DNA of 64,000 nt from the NCBI GenBank assembly GCA_963706955.1, contig CAVPOC010000014.1, positions 34,282-98,281 of the forward strand. The letters are read 5' to 3'. A program made the translations under genes and the position numbers. The notes under the pieces were generated by a model. That model did not search any database, was not told the DNA's origin, and saw only the letters and a list, made by a program, of their open reading frames with translations. The stretch is from an uncultured Verrucomicrobiae bacterium (GTDB lineage Bacteria; Verrucomicrobiota; Verrucomicrobiia; Chthoniobacterales; Terrimicrobiaceae). Positions 21,313 through 30,688 of this stretch are shown here, piece by piece (positions within the stretch are counted from its first letter, which is position 1; the number at the start of each line of letters is the position of its first letter).

Positions 21313-22227
21313 AAACTGCGAAGCCACGCTCGCCGACCATGACCAACTTGTCCCCTCGGATCTCTTTTATGGTCCGCCGGTCATGGAGCAAGCCACAGCC
21401 ACGAGACATCGTTACACTTGCAGGCCTCGGATCCGGAAGAAACTTTGGAAATCGTCCGCGGTGCGCGCTTTGAGCACCATATTCTTGGCCGCGCAATTTT
21501 GATGTGCGGCTCGCGCGGTAGAGCAGTGGAGGTTTCACCGTTGATAGCGGTCCCTATGATTTTGCCGTTCGCGTTATCGGGAGGTTTCCCGAAAAGCGGC
21601 TCTGTGTTGGTCATATGCGAAGCCTGACGGAACCGGCCTTAGCACGGGACGCTTTTTGTCCACCACCCGCCGGTTCGCTTCGTTCTTGACCATGTCGTGC
21701 CGATCCCGTTCGCTTGGTCGAGCACGACGTGTCACGTGGATTCCTTAACGCCGCGAAAGCCGATGTGCTCTGTTCTGGTCGGTCATCCCTGTGGCTGAGC
21801 TTCCGGCCAGCCTGCCTCGCACGACCCGCGTTCTTATCCTACCTAATCGCAAACAAGACGTGAATCCCAGCTCGGCGTTGCTTTACCGCGACAAGCACGT
21901 GAGCCAACGCCATCGCCAGGAGATGCCTCCGCCACCGTTTACCAGATTACCGCAGCCCAGTTCATGAGCCGGTCGGATATAATGCTGCGAACGAACAGCA
22001 CCTGCATTTAGAGAATTGGCAGAAAAACTAGTTGGGTCGATGTGCTGCAGCCTGTGTTGGCTCGCCAAAATACAAGAGCTTAAACTGATGCAACGGGACG
22101 ACTAGGACCAAAGTCCAATAGCCATCGCTATCCCGTTTGCTGCAAAAGACGGGCGTATGCACGAGGAGCAGCCCGCGCATTCACAATCAACAGACAACGT
22201 AAAGAGCAACCAAACCATACAAGTCCT

Positions 22228-22578
22228 ATGATGATTCGAGGAAACATCCAGCGTGTGCTTACAGTGGGCCTCGGGTGTGTCGTGCTCGGCTTCACTCACG
22301 ATCCAATTCACGCCAAGGAAAACGGCTTCGAGGCGGTTTCCGATGCCATAGACGCCTACGTCTACGGCTACCCGCTCGTGACCATGGAAATGACCCGGCG
22401 TGTGATGACCAACGTCCGTAAACCCGACGGCGCGCGCGCGCCGATGGGGCAATTCCTTCGGATGCGCCACTATCCCGATGCCAACTATCGCGACGTGACA
22501 GCGCCCAACGCTGACACGCTCTACACCACGGCTTGGATTGACGTCGGCAAGGAGCCGCGAGGGCAAACTCGCCGTTGA
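22228..22578 (+). pseudogene. Truncated DUF1254-family protein (N-terminus only)
   Basis: DAYVYGYPLVTM..DVTAPNADTLYTTAWIDVGKEP, then abrupt end. Confidence 0.8.
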
Positions 22579-22769
22579 ATTCTTCGGCGTATTCGCGGGA
22601 CTTTGGACTAAAGTCCTGAGCCTTTGACCCGGAGCTTGGCCCTTTTCTAGGTTTTCATCGGCTCACGAGTAGGTAAGCAACAACAATTACAACATTGCTC
22701 CTGAGGTAGGATTTGTAGGCGTCTCTCGTTGTTTTCAAGGTTGCACGCTCGGGCCGCGCGCATCCCGAT

Positions 22770-22880
22770 CGCGGACAGCAAACGACAAAGTCCGATTCGA
22801 ACGAAGCATTGGCGAAGATGGCGCAGAATCCGGTGGCCAACCTGATCAGCGTGCCCGTCCAATGGAACAGGGACCTTTGA
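22770..22880 (+). pseudogene. Fragment of conserved outer-membrane-type protein (NPVANLISVP motif)
   Basis: Manual translation ..SNEALAKMAQNPVANLISVPVQWNRDL*, no start or continuation. Confidence 0.5.
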
Positions 22881-23012
22881 GCGGCTCGATGACATCGCTA
22901 ATTGTTTACCGCGTCTTGGCATCAAAGGCGATCAGGCTGCCTTCTTTTTTGGTGCGGCTGCGAGTGTAAGCCCTTGAAACCTATTACTAATTTTATAATC
23001 AAACACCCATCG

Positions 23013-24413
23013 ATGAAATCGTTTCCCCTCTTGCCCAGAATCTTCACGCCCCTTGCAATCACCATCGTCCTATCCGGGTGCGTGAACCCGATCAACCCGC
23101 TCGGACGTTTCGATCCCGCCCCGAAAGTCCCCGGCACCCGGCCCGCGCCGAAGGCCTCCGAGAAATTTGCTTGGGGCATCTCGACCGCGAGCTATCAATA
23201 CGAAGACCCCGCTGTGAAGCCTGGGCAACCAAATTATTTTTCGACCGACTGGGACGTCCTCGTCTCGAAGCGCAAGGCTCCGCCGCGCGGGAACGCGCTC
23301 TATAGTTGGTCGAATTTCGAGAAGGACCTCGACGCGCTGAAAAAAATCCGTCCCACGCACTATCGCTTCAGCATCGAATGGGCGCGCGTTGAACCGAAGC
23401 CGGGGGTCTACAACGAGAAGGCTGTGCGCGGATACGTCGAGATGGCGCGCAGGCTCAAGGCCCTCGGCATTGAGCCCGTCGTCTGCCTCTGGCACTTTAC
23501 CTTCCCCGAATGGCTCTATGACAAAGAGCATCCCGGCCAATCCAACTGGCTCCATCCCCAGGTGCGCGAACGGTGGAATGTCTACGTCGAGAAAATGGTG
23601 CGCGCCACCTCACCCTACGTGAAGTATTACGCTCCGCAGAACGAGCCCAACGGCCAGATCACCACCGCCTACCTCGTCGGCCAATGGCCACCCGCCATGA
23701 CCCTCGCGGTGGACCATTACTGGAAGGCGATCGAGGCCAGCACGGGCATGTTCCGTGACGCGGCGGCGCGCATCAAGTCGATTAAACCCTCCGCAAAGGT
23801 CGTAAGCGTCGAGGCGCTGCCGTGGTGGCAGCGCGCGCCGCTCGACCCGGGAGGGCTCATCTACAACACGATGATTCACGGCAACACCGATCACCTCGAC
23901 CGGGTGTATGATGTCTGCGACATTCTCGGCATCAATTATTACTACTCGCAGGCCCCCGGCCCGATCTCGCTTTTGGCGGGACCATCCATCCGCGGCCGAC
24001 ATTTCACCATGATGGGTTGGCGGATCGATCCTGGCGGTCTTTACAAGGAAATCCAGCGCGTCGCCACCCGCTATGGCAAGCCCATGATGATCACCGAGAA
24101 TGGCATCGCCACGTCCAACGACTCGAAGCGCGAATGGTACATGCAAAACCACCTCGCCGCCATCGGGCGCGCCATCCACGACGGCTACGACGTGCGCGGC
24201 TACTTCGCATGGTCGCTGGCCGACAACTACGAGTGGCACTACGGATACAAGGCGACCTTCGGCCTTGCGAAAATGGACCCCGCCACGAAGGACCGCCTCC
24301 TCAAGCCCTCCGCTGACAAATTCGCGCAAATCATTCGATCGCATCCTACGGTGGGCTCGGTCGCAGGCATTCAGCCCCAACGAGAATACCAACTCGCTCC
24401 CACGCAACATTGA
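23013..24413 (+). CDS. Glycoside hydrolase family 1 lipoprotein
   Basis: Lipobox LSGC; YRFSIEWARVEP, QNEP acid/base, ITENG nucleophile, WSLADNYEW. Confidence 0.92.
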   Translation: MKSFPLLPRIFTPLAITIVLSGCVNPINPLGRFDPAPKVPGTRPAPKASEKFAWGISTASYQYEDPAVKPGQPNYFSTDWDVLVSKRKAPPRGNALYSWSNFEKDLDALKKIRPTHYRFSIEWARVEPKPGVYNEKAVRGYVEMARRLKALGIEPVVCLWHFTFPEWLYDKEHPGQSNWLHPQVRERWNVYVEKMVRATSPYVKYYAPQNEPNGQITTAYLVGQWPPAMTLAVDHYWKAIEASTGMFRDAAARIKSIKPSAKVVSVEALPWWQRAPLDPGGLIYNTMIHGNTDHLDRVYDVCDILGINYYYSQAPGPISLLAGPSIRGRHFTMMGWRIDPGGLYKEIQRVATRYGKPMMITENGIATSNDSKREWYMQNHLAAIGRAIHDGYDVRGYFAWSLADNYEWHYGYKATFGLAKMDPATKDRLLKPSADKFAQIIRSHPTVGSVAGIQPQREYQLAPTQH

Positions 24414-24910
24414 ATGGGAACGAAGTAGCTTTAGTTGCGGGGTCCTTTGACGAAACTAGGCGGGCGACCATCGGAGTTGTGTCGCGCAGAACAGCTCGCA
24501 GAATCAGTGAGTGTGAACTTCCGACATCTGAGACGACGCTTGCCAACGGGCGTGAAAGACCCCGGAGGGTGTTACCGCTCTATCTCTATCTTCATCGCCG
24601 TCTGATCCAACTGTGAATGGCTTCGGCAATGCCGCCATGCAAAGCCGAATGCGGGACATCTGCGCGTCGGGTTTGACTGGGGAACGGCAGGTAGTTGTCA
24701 TTGGGCATAGGCTTCAACGCCTCTCATCCCGCACGTTTCTCTCTACTCTCCCGGATTCAGAGAACTCCTCTCTTATAGTGAGATCATAACAGACTAGTAT
24801 TCGGAACCTCACCCAAATCCCGAAAACAATCCGAAGGACTTCATCCTATTGAGAAGGTTGTCATTGTCGTAGTCCACGGACATAGAGAGGGGTTCGAATC
24901 TCAATCGACG

Positions 24911-25384
24911 GGCGCTAGCGCGCCTCGCCAACGATAAAGCTGTTGGCTCCTGAGGTAGGATTGATTCGGCTGCGCCTCACCCCTGCGGGGCTAACCTGCC
25001 GGTCAGTCTGTCTCGCTGCGCTCGGCTCGAACCCAAGGCTTCGAATCCCAAACAATTGGCGCTAGCGCGCCTCGCCAACGATAAAGCTGTTGGCTCCTGA
25101 GGTAGGATTGATTCGGCTGCGCCTCACCCCTGCGGGGCTAACCTGCCGGTCAGTCTGTCTCGCTGCGCTCGGCTCGAACCCAAGGCTTCGAATCCCAAAC
25201 AATTGGCGCTAGCGCGCCTCGCCAACGATAAAGCTGTTGGCTCCTGAGGTAGGATTGATTCGGCTGCGCCTCACCCCTGCGGGGCTAACCTGCCGGTCAG
25301 TCTGTCTCGCTGCGCTCGGCTCGAACCCAAGGCTTCGAATCCCAAACAATTGGCGCTAGCGCGCCTCGCCAACGATAAAGCTGT
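24911..25384 (-). repeat. Tandem array of three identical 147-bp RtT-like tRNA-linked repeats plus a partial fourth
   Basis: Period 147 (ggcgctagcg at 24911, 25058, 25205, 25352); each unit ends (- strand) in AATCCTACCTCAGGAGCCA, the tRNA-Asn last 19 nt, with CCA ends at 25238, 25091 and 24944. Confidence 0.95.
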
Positions 25385-25459
25385 TGGCTCCTGAGGTAGG
25401 ATTCGAACCTACGACCAATCGGTTAACAGCCGACCGCTCTACCACTGAGCTACTCAGGA
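25385..25459 (-). tRNA. tRNA-Asn (GTT)
   Basis: TCCTGAGTAGCTCAGTGGTAGAGCGGTCGGCTGTTAACCGATTGGTCGTAGGTTCGAATCCTACCTCAGGAGCCA folds as a cloverleaf; CCA encoded. Confidence 0.97.
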
Positions 25460-25480
25460 TTACGGAAGGATCAAGTCGGC

Positions 25481-25510
25481 TAGCAAAAGCGCAAACCGCT
25501 ACCTTGTCAA
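25481..25510 (-). promoter_or_regulatory. Putative tRNA-Asn promoter (-35 TTGACA)
   Basis: TTGACA on - strand at 25510-25505; -10 box not clearly canonical. Confidence 0.45.
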
Positions 25511-25800
25511 GGAGGTGGCGCTTGTTTGGCGAGCCACGTCGCCAAGTTCCCTTTAACCCATTCTCGACCCTTTCCAGTTTTCAAGAAACGTTCTCTTCTC
25601 ATTGCTTCAGCGCGGGAACGTGCGCTTCCGAATAAGCAAGCAGCCACGGACCACGCCGCCGCTTGGTATGAAAACTCCGGCGATTATCTGGATCGTTGTG
25701 CTCCACGATTCGCCGGCGCACGTCTTCGGTTTGCCCAAGTATGTTTCGCCCGTTGGCTCACTGATGATCGCATACGTAAAGAATCGATCGCTCACACCCT

Positions 25801-25870
25801 CAAACCTACGATTCGCCGCGGCGAATTAACAGCCGACCGCTCTATTCGCCGCGGCGAAAGCTACTCAGGA
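25801..25870 (-). pseudogene. Pseudo-tRNA-Asn (5' two-thirds) with two TTCGCCGCGGCGAA palindrome substitutions
   Basis: acctacga/ttaacagccgaccgctct/agctactcagga identical to tRNA-Asn; palindromes at 25812-25825 and 25845-25858. Confidence 0.9.
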
Positions 25871-26101
25871 TCCCGGAAGGTGGAGGTCGGCTAGCAACTA
25901 GCGCAAACCGCTTTGTTGTCAAGGGAACCTGCACGCGACTTGCGTCCTGCTTGAGGCAGATTCGCTACGAGCGCGGCGACTACTTACGGGAAGGTTAATA
26001 CCAAGAGAGATTGCAAATTCGCAACTTCGCAAAGAGATTCGGGGGACACTCGGAGAGCAGCACCCTGAGTCGATCGGCGCGAACAGGCAGTCGCCTCTGC
26101 C

Positions 26102-27190
26102 ATGAATGCACAGACCCCCATCGATAAATTACCAAGAGCGAGTTTAATCCTGCGCTTGGCCACGATCGGCATGGTGATCGCGGGAATTGCTGGTTTGTTC
26201 GCATACGCGGGCGGCTGGCTGACAGCGAACAGACTCACGCCAAAGTCAATGATCGACACCTTCGAAAAAGTGAATGGGCCGCATCCCGGGTTTCGGCGCA
26301 ATCACGCCAAGGGCGTCTGTGTGAGCGGTTATTTCGAAAGCAATGGGCGAGGCGCTGCGCTGTCCAAAGCTGCTGTCTTTCGCGCCGGTCGTGTGCCGGT
26401 GATTGGACGCTTTGCCCTCGCGGGCGGGCAGCCCTACGCCGCGGATGTTCCACAAACGGTACGCAGCATGGCGCTGCTTTTCAAGCTCCCCGACGGCGAG
26501 GAGTGGCGCACGGGAATGAACAACATTCCCGTCTTTCCCGTCAAAACCCCTCAGGCATTTCACGATCAGTTGTTGGCCTCGGCGCCGGACCCGGCAACTG
26601 GCAGACCGGACCCGGCGAAAATGAAAGCCTTCGTGGCCAGTTATCCGGAAACCGCAAAGGCAATGCCTTTGATTGGCAATCGTCCGATCTCGTCCGGGTT
26701 CGACAACAGCACTTACAACAGCTTGAACGCCTTCCGTTTCATCAATACCAGCGGCGCTGTGGTCCCGGTCCGTTGGTCGATGGTGTCTGTTCAGCCGTTC
26801 GAGCCAACCAGCACGGCAGACCCCGGAAAGACCGGCAAGAATTACCTTTTTGATGCATTGATCGCGAGCATTCACAGCCACCCGCTGCAATGGCGTTTGG
26901 TCGTCACGGTGGGCGAACCGGGGGATCCCACCGATGATGCGACGATTCCCTGGCCGCCGGATCGGCAGCAGGTTGAAGTGGGAACGTTGACGATCGACCA
27001 CGTCGAGAGCGAGGAGACCAGTCCCGCGCGCGACATCAACTTCGATCCGTTGATCCTACCCGACGGCATTGCCGGTTCCGACGATCCGCTCCTTAGTGCC
27101 CGATCAGCGACCTATTCGCAGTCGTTCACGCGCCGTGAAGGCGAGCGCAAACAACCCAGCGCGGTCTCGATCCCCGAAACTGAAAAATGA
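26102..27190 (+). CDS. Catalase-related peroxidase (SrpA-like)
   Basis: GFRRNHAKG.C, RFALAGG, FDPLILPDGI..SDDPLL.ARS..Y..SF.RR. Confidence 0.92.
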   Translation: MNAQTPIDKLPRASLILRLATIGMVIAGIAGLFAYAGGWLTANRLTPKSMIDTFEKVNGPHPGFRRNHAKGVCVSGYFESNGRGAALSKAAVFRAGRVPVIGRFALAGGQPYAADVPQTVRSMALLFKLPDGEEWRTGMNNIPVFPVKTPQAFHDQLLASAPDPATGRPDPAKMKAFVASYPETAKAMPLIGNRPISSGFDNSTYNSLNAFRFINTSGAVVPVRWSMVSVQPFEPTSTADPGKTGKNYLFDALIASIHSHPLQWRLVVTVGEPGDPTDDATIPWPPDRQQVEVGTLTIDHVESEETSPARDINFDPLILPDGIAGSDDPLLSARSATYSQSFTRREGERKQPSAVSIPETEK

Positions 27191-27756
27191 ATACGCCAAA
27201 ACCCCGCACGCAATTCGCCCTCCAGTCGCGCATCCTCCATTGGATGATGGCCGTGCTGCTTCTGGCCATGCTGTTCATCGGAGTGTCGATGGTCGCCTCG
27301 TTGGGAGACTACCATACGCTCGTCGCGATCCATCGTCCACTGGGCATCATGATCCTGATTCTAGCGGCCATACGGCTAGCAAACCGGATATGCACGACGC
27401 TGCCCCCATTCCCGCCTACCATGTCCCGTCTGGAACGATTCATGGCTTCGTCATCCGAGAAGTTACTTTACGCTTTGATGTTCGCCCTGCCGCTCGTGGG
27501 TTGGGGCATGTTGTCGGCGGGCCACTATCCAATCGTGATGTTCGGGTCGATTCATCTGCCGCCGATTCTTCCGGCTAATCCGATGCTCTACGCGGTCTTG
27601 CGCCAGTTGCACACGATCCTGGCGTATCTGTTGTTCGCGACATTTCTCGCCCATCTCAGCGCGGTGCTGTTCCACACGCTGATCGTTCGTGACCGGCTTC
27701 TGGAGCGCATGGCTCTGTGGCCACTCCGATCACGAAAAAACAAAAGTCAAAGTTGA
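27187..27756 (+). CDS. Cytochrome b561
   Basis: RILHWMMA, HRPLGI, PLVGW, HLSAVLFH; overlaps the peroxidase stop (ATGA). Confidence 0.9.
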   Translation: MNTPKPRTQFALQSRILHWMMAVLLLAMLFIGVSMVASLGDYHTLVAIHRPLGIMILILAAIRLANRICTTLPPFPPTMSRLERFMASSSEKLLYALMFALPLVGWGMLSAGHYPIVMFGSIHLPPILPANPMLYAVLRQLHTILAYLLFATFLAHLSAVLFHTLIVRDRLLERMALWPLRSRKNKSQS

Positions 27757-28260
27757 TTGCCGAACTTCTGGTTTCCGATGCCCCGAATTGTGCCATTGTC
27801 TCTTCCACCGAATCCGGAAGAAACAAGTGCGAATACCCCGTGCAATACGCCAAGGCTTCGCTTCTTCGATCGCTTTTTGAATTAGACGATCCTCACCGCA
27901 GAAACGGCTTTCATAAATGCTTTTGAGTCGAACTCTCAATTGTCCAGCGCGACGACCAAGCGGTTGCGAGACACGTCGAGGAAATCGGGTCCGGTCGAAC
28001 TCGTTGTCACCTACTGTTGCCTTGAATCCGTTTTGCTCCCCTGCAATTCGACCTTGGCATTCAGTGATATTGGTAGCCGACGATCGCCACAAACGTGCCG
28101 CACGAGAGCGAGACTGGTCGGACTCGTCAACTTGGCCGATCGAAGTTACTTAATCACACGATTTTCGGGTTTTCCTGAGCAGCCGTCCAATTTGGAAGGC
28201 CGGAACACGAATCTCCGGCAAAGAACGAACTCAGACCGCTGTGGCTGGCCGCTGCTCAGG

Positions 28261-28343
28261 CAATGAACTTTTCGATTGCACAAGTCGCTTCGACGCAGAG
28301 TTTGCGCCGAAGGGATTCTCTGCCATGGCGTCAAATGCTCATA
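28261..28343 (+). repeat. Duplicated corA upstream region and first codons
   Basis: Closely matches 28997-29080, including ATGGCGTCAAATGCTCA (MASNAH). Confidence 0.88.
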
Positions 28344-28345
28344 CC

Positions 28346-28417
28346 TTCGAACCTACGATTCGCCGCGGCGAATTAACAGCCGACCGCTCTGTTCGCCGCG
28401 GCGAAAGCTACTCAGGA
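28346..28417 (-). pseudogene. Second pseudo-tRNA-Asn with the same two palindrome substitutions
   Basis: ttcgaacctacga..ttaacagccgaccgctct..agctactcagga; palindromes at 28359-28372 and 28392-28405; the next ~150 bp are similar to 25871-26023. Confidence 0.9.
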
Positions 28418-28607
28418 ACTTGGGATTCCGAGTCGGCTAGCAAAAGCGCAACCGCTTCTTGTTAAGGAAGCGAAGTTGCGCGTGACTCGCGTCTTCTTTT
28501 GAACAGATTCGCTACGGCCGCGCCCCACTTCTTAGGGGAATGTTAACACCGAGATAGATTGTAAATTTGCAGCAGAAGAGTAAGCGTGCGGGCGCTTCAA
28601 ATCTGCA

Positions 28608-28934
28608 ATGTCCGAGTCTCTCATCGTCTACGTCTCCCTCGTGCTCTGCGGAATGGCATTGAGCTGGTTCTTGCTTTACCGGTCTATCGTGCGGCGGCTG
28701 AGTGTGCGTCATCGGAAGAAGTATTTGGCCATGCGGACGATCTCGGGAGTTCCAAAAAACAGCATCGATTGGCTGTTTTCTTTTCTGCGGTATCTTTGCT
28801 TGGGAGAACACCGTGAGCTTCGAGATTCAACGATGTCCGGTTTGTGCCTGCTGCTTAAGGGATGCACTCTCGCGATATTTCTTCTTTTCGTGTTCTTGAT
28901 GTTCAGTCCGATGTTTCTGCCAGGCGGCCACTAG
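28608..28934 (+). CDS. Small membrane protein, unknown function
   Basis: 108 aa, N- and C-terminal hydrophobic helices. Confidence 0.55.
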   Translation: MSESLIVYVSLVLCGMALSWFLLYRSIVRRLSVRHRKKYLAMRTISGVPKNSIDWLFSFLRYLCLGEHRELRDSTMSGLCLLLKGCTLAIFLLFVFLMFSPMFLPGGH

Positions 28935-29061
28935 ACCTATCAACTCCCCGCTAACTTCAAACAGATCCTGCGCAGCCGAGTTGGCCAATGGCCACTCAGT
29001 GAACTTTTCGATTGCATAAGCCACTTCGACGGCAGAGTTTGCCCCCAAAGGATTCTCTGCC

Positions 29062-30075
29062 ATGGCGTCAAATGCTCACAGCGCGACCGAGGAAGCACCG
29101 AGCCTAGAGGGTCGGGCGCCGGAGATTGTTTCGGTCGAGGAGAATAATGCGAGCGTTCGGAGCTTTTTCCGCTTGGTCGGCGGCCATCTGATCCCCTGCG
29201 AGCCGAACGCGGCCGAGATCATCGCCTACACGTCGCCAACCATGGACGACGAGGCTGAATTGCAGGAGCAATACAAGATCGATTACCACACACTTCAGTC
29301 CTCTCTCGATCCGGACGAACTCTCGCGCCTGGAGATCGAGCACGGTCATATATCCATCATTTTCAAGCGGCCGAAGAGTTTCTGTGCCGGCGACAATTTC
29401 CTGATGAAGCTGACCTCGACCGGCGTCTTTGTTTACGAAAACTATTTGGTCATCGTGATGGCAGACGACTCGCCCATCTTCGAAGGTCGAGTTCCCTTTG
29501 GCGTGCATTCAATCCATGATGTCATCCTGCGCCTGCTCTATCAGGCCACAATGCATTTCGAAGGACATCTCAAGGCGATCAACATGCTGGCGGACTCTCT
29601 CGAGCGGCGGATCAATACCTCACTCGAGAATAAATATCTCCTCAACATGTTCTCGCTCGAGAAGAGCCTCGTGTTTATTCTGAACTCCATCAGCTCGAAC
29701 GGTTCGCTGCTGGAAAGGATGAAAACTTTATCCGAGAAGCTCGGTTTTAATAACGAGCAGGCCGGAATCTTGGAGGATCTCATCATCGAAAATCAGCAGT
29801 GTTACCGGCGCGCAGAGATTCACGCCCAAGTGCTCGCCAACCTCATGGGAACGCGTGCATCCATTGTTGGTCACAACCTGAATCAACTTATCAAAACGTT
29901 TACCATTTGGACGGTGGCGATCATGATTGCGTCCCTGGTTGTCGGGCTTTTCGGAATGAACGTCGCCTTGCCTCTTCCGATGGAAGAGGCCTTCTGGCCA
30001 TTCTACCTTATCATCATTCTGGCAATGATAACTGGCGGAGCGGTCTTCTACCTTCGCCGAATTAATAAATGGTAG
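29062..30075 (+). CDS. corA: CorA-family Mg2+ transporter
   Basis: SSLDPDELSRLE; C-terminal TM pair with GLFGMNV (GMN motif). Confidence 0.9.
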   Translation: MASNAHSATEEAPSLEGRAPEIVSVEENNASVRSFFRLVGGHLIPCEPNAAEIIAYTSPTMDDEAELQEQYKIDYHTLQSSLDPDELSRLEIEHGHISIIFKRPKSFCAGDNFLMKLTSTGVFVYENYLVIVMADDSPIFEGRVPFGVHSIHDVILRLLYQATMHFEGHLKAINMLADSLERRINTSLENKYLLNMFSLEKSLVFILNSISSNGSLLERMKTLSEKLGFNNEQAGILEDLIIENQQCYRRAEIHAQVLANLMGTRASIVGHNLNQLIKTFTIWTVAIMIASLVVGLFGMNVALPLPMEEAFWPFYLIIILAMITGGAVFYLRRINKW

Positions 30076-30164
30076 CCGAGCCAAGCTTGCAAAGCGGCCA
30101 GGGAAACTCTCTCGCGTCGATCTTTGAGTTCGAACTCCGATCCGTGCCGGGAACGTTGGCGGAT

Positions 30165-30602
30165 CTAGCCGCGCGCAAACTGCTCGCTTAGGCGCGCAAG
30201 TGCCAACGCGCCGAGGAAGAGACCGAAATCACGCAGGGCGACGTCGAAATAGCCGGGGATGAGCAGCAGATTCGCGATGATGATCAACAGCCACGCCGCA
30301 ACGACATAGGCAAAGATACGCGGCTTCAACGCGACGCCCACACCCGCGACAATTTCGATCACGCCGACCACCATCATGAGTTGGTGCACACCGAACGGCG
30401 AAAACTGCGCGACGAAAGCAGGCACATACTGATCCCAGTTCACCAGCAGGTGAAAGAACTTATCGAGCCCAGCCAGAATTGGCGCGGCCACAAAGCCCAG
30501 TTGAAGAATTCTGAACGCCTGATATCCAGGCGAGCTCCAATCAGTCTCAATCTCCCCCGCGTCGGAAATCACTGCATTGGGATTGTTGAATGTTGCTTTC
30601 AT
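30165..30602 (-). CDS. DoxX-like membrane protein
   Basis: APILAGLDKFF..W..Y, VGVIEIVAG, YFDVALRDFGL. Confidence 0.8.
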   Translation of the reverse strand: MKATFNNPNAVISDAGEIETDWSSPGYQAFRILQLGFVAAPILAGLDKFFHLLVNWDQYVPAFVAQFSPFGVHQLMMVVGVIEIVAGVGVALKPRIFAYVVAAWLLIIIANLLLIPGYFDVALRDFGLFLGALALARLSEQFARG

Positions 30603-30688
30603 GATCTAAACCTGCAACAAGTATTATAATAAGTCAAATAGTTTTTGTGTTTATTGCGTTTTGGAGAAACACAGGTTAATGTCATCTG

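Noticed and set aside
20422..21327. Long antisense ORFs (also 14634-15368, 23610-24410, 49717-50565, 51354-52223)
   Set aside because: Shadows of well-supported genes on the opposite strand in GC-rich DNA
24346..24720. Possible pRiA4b ORF3-like gene fragment (LILRAVLRDTTPMVARLVS)
   Set aside because: Too short and broken to support without a search
24911..25384. CRISPR array
   Set aside because: The units are identical over their full 147 bp with no unique spacers, they derive from a tRNA end, and no cas genes are present
24944..25384. Intron-containing tRNA genes or tmRNA/tRNA-Sec
   Set aside because: No 5' acceptor, D or anticodon arm in the units, no tag reading frame, and the insert is too short for a self-splicing intron
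25384..25635. ORF MAPEVGFEPTT...
   Set aside because: Antisense translation of tRNA-Asn
25790..29080. Integron cassette array
   Set aside because: No intI gene and no attC-like sites; the repeated blocks are tRNA and corA sequence
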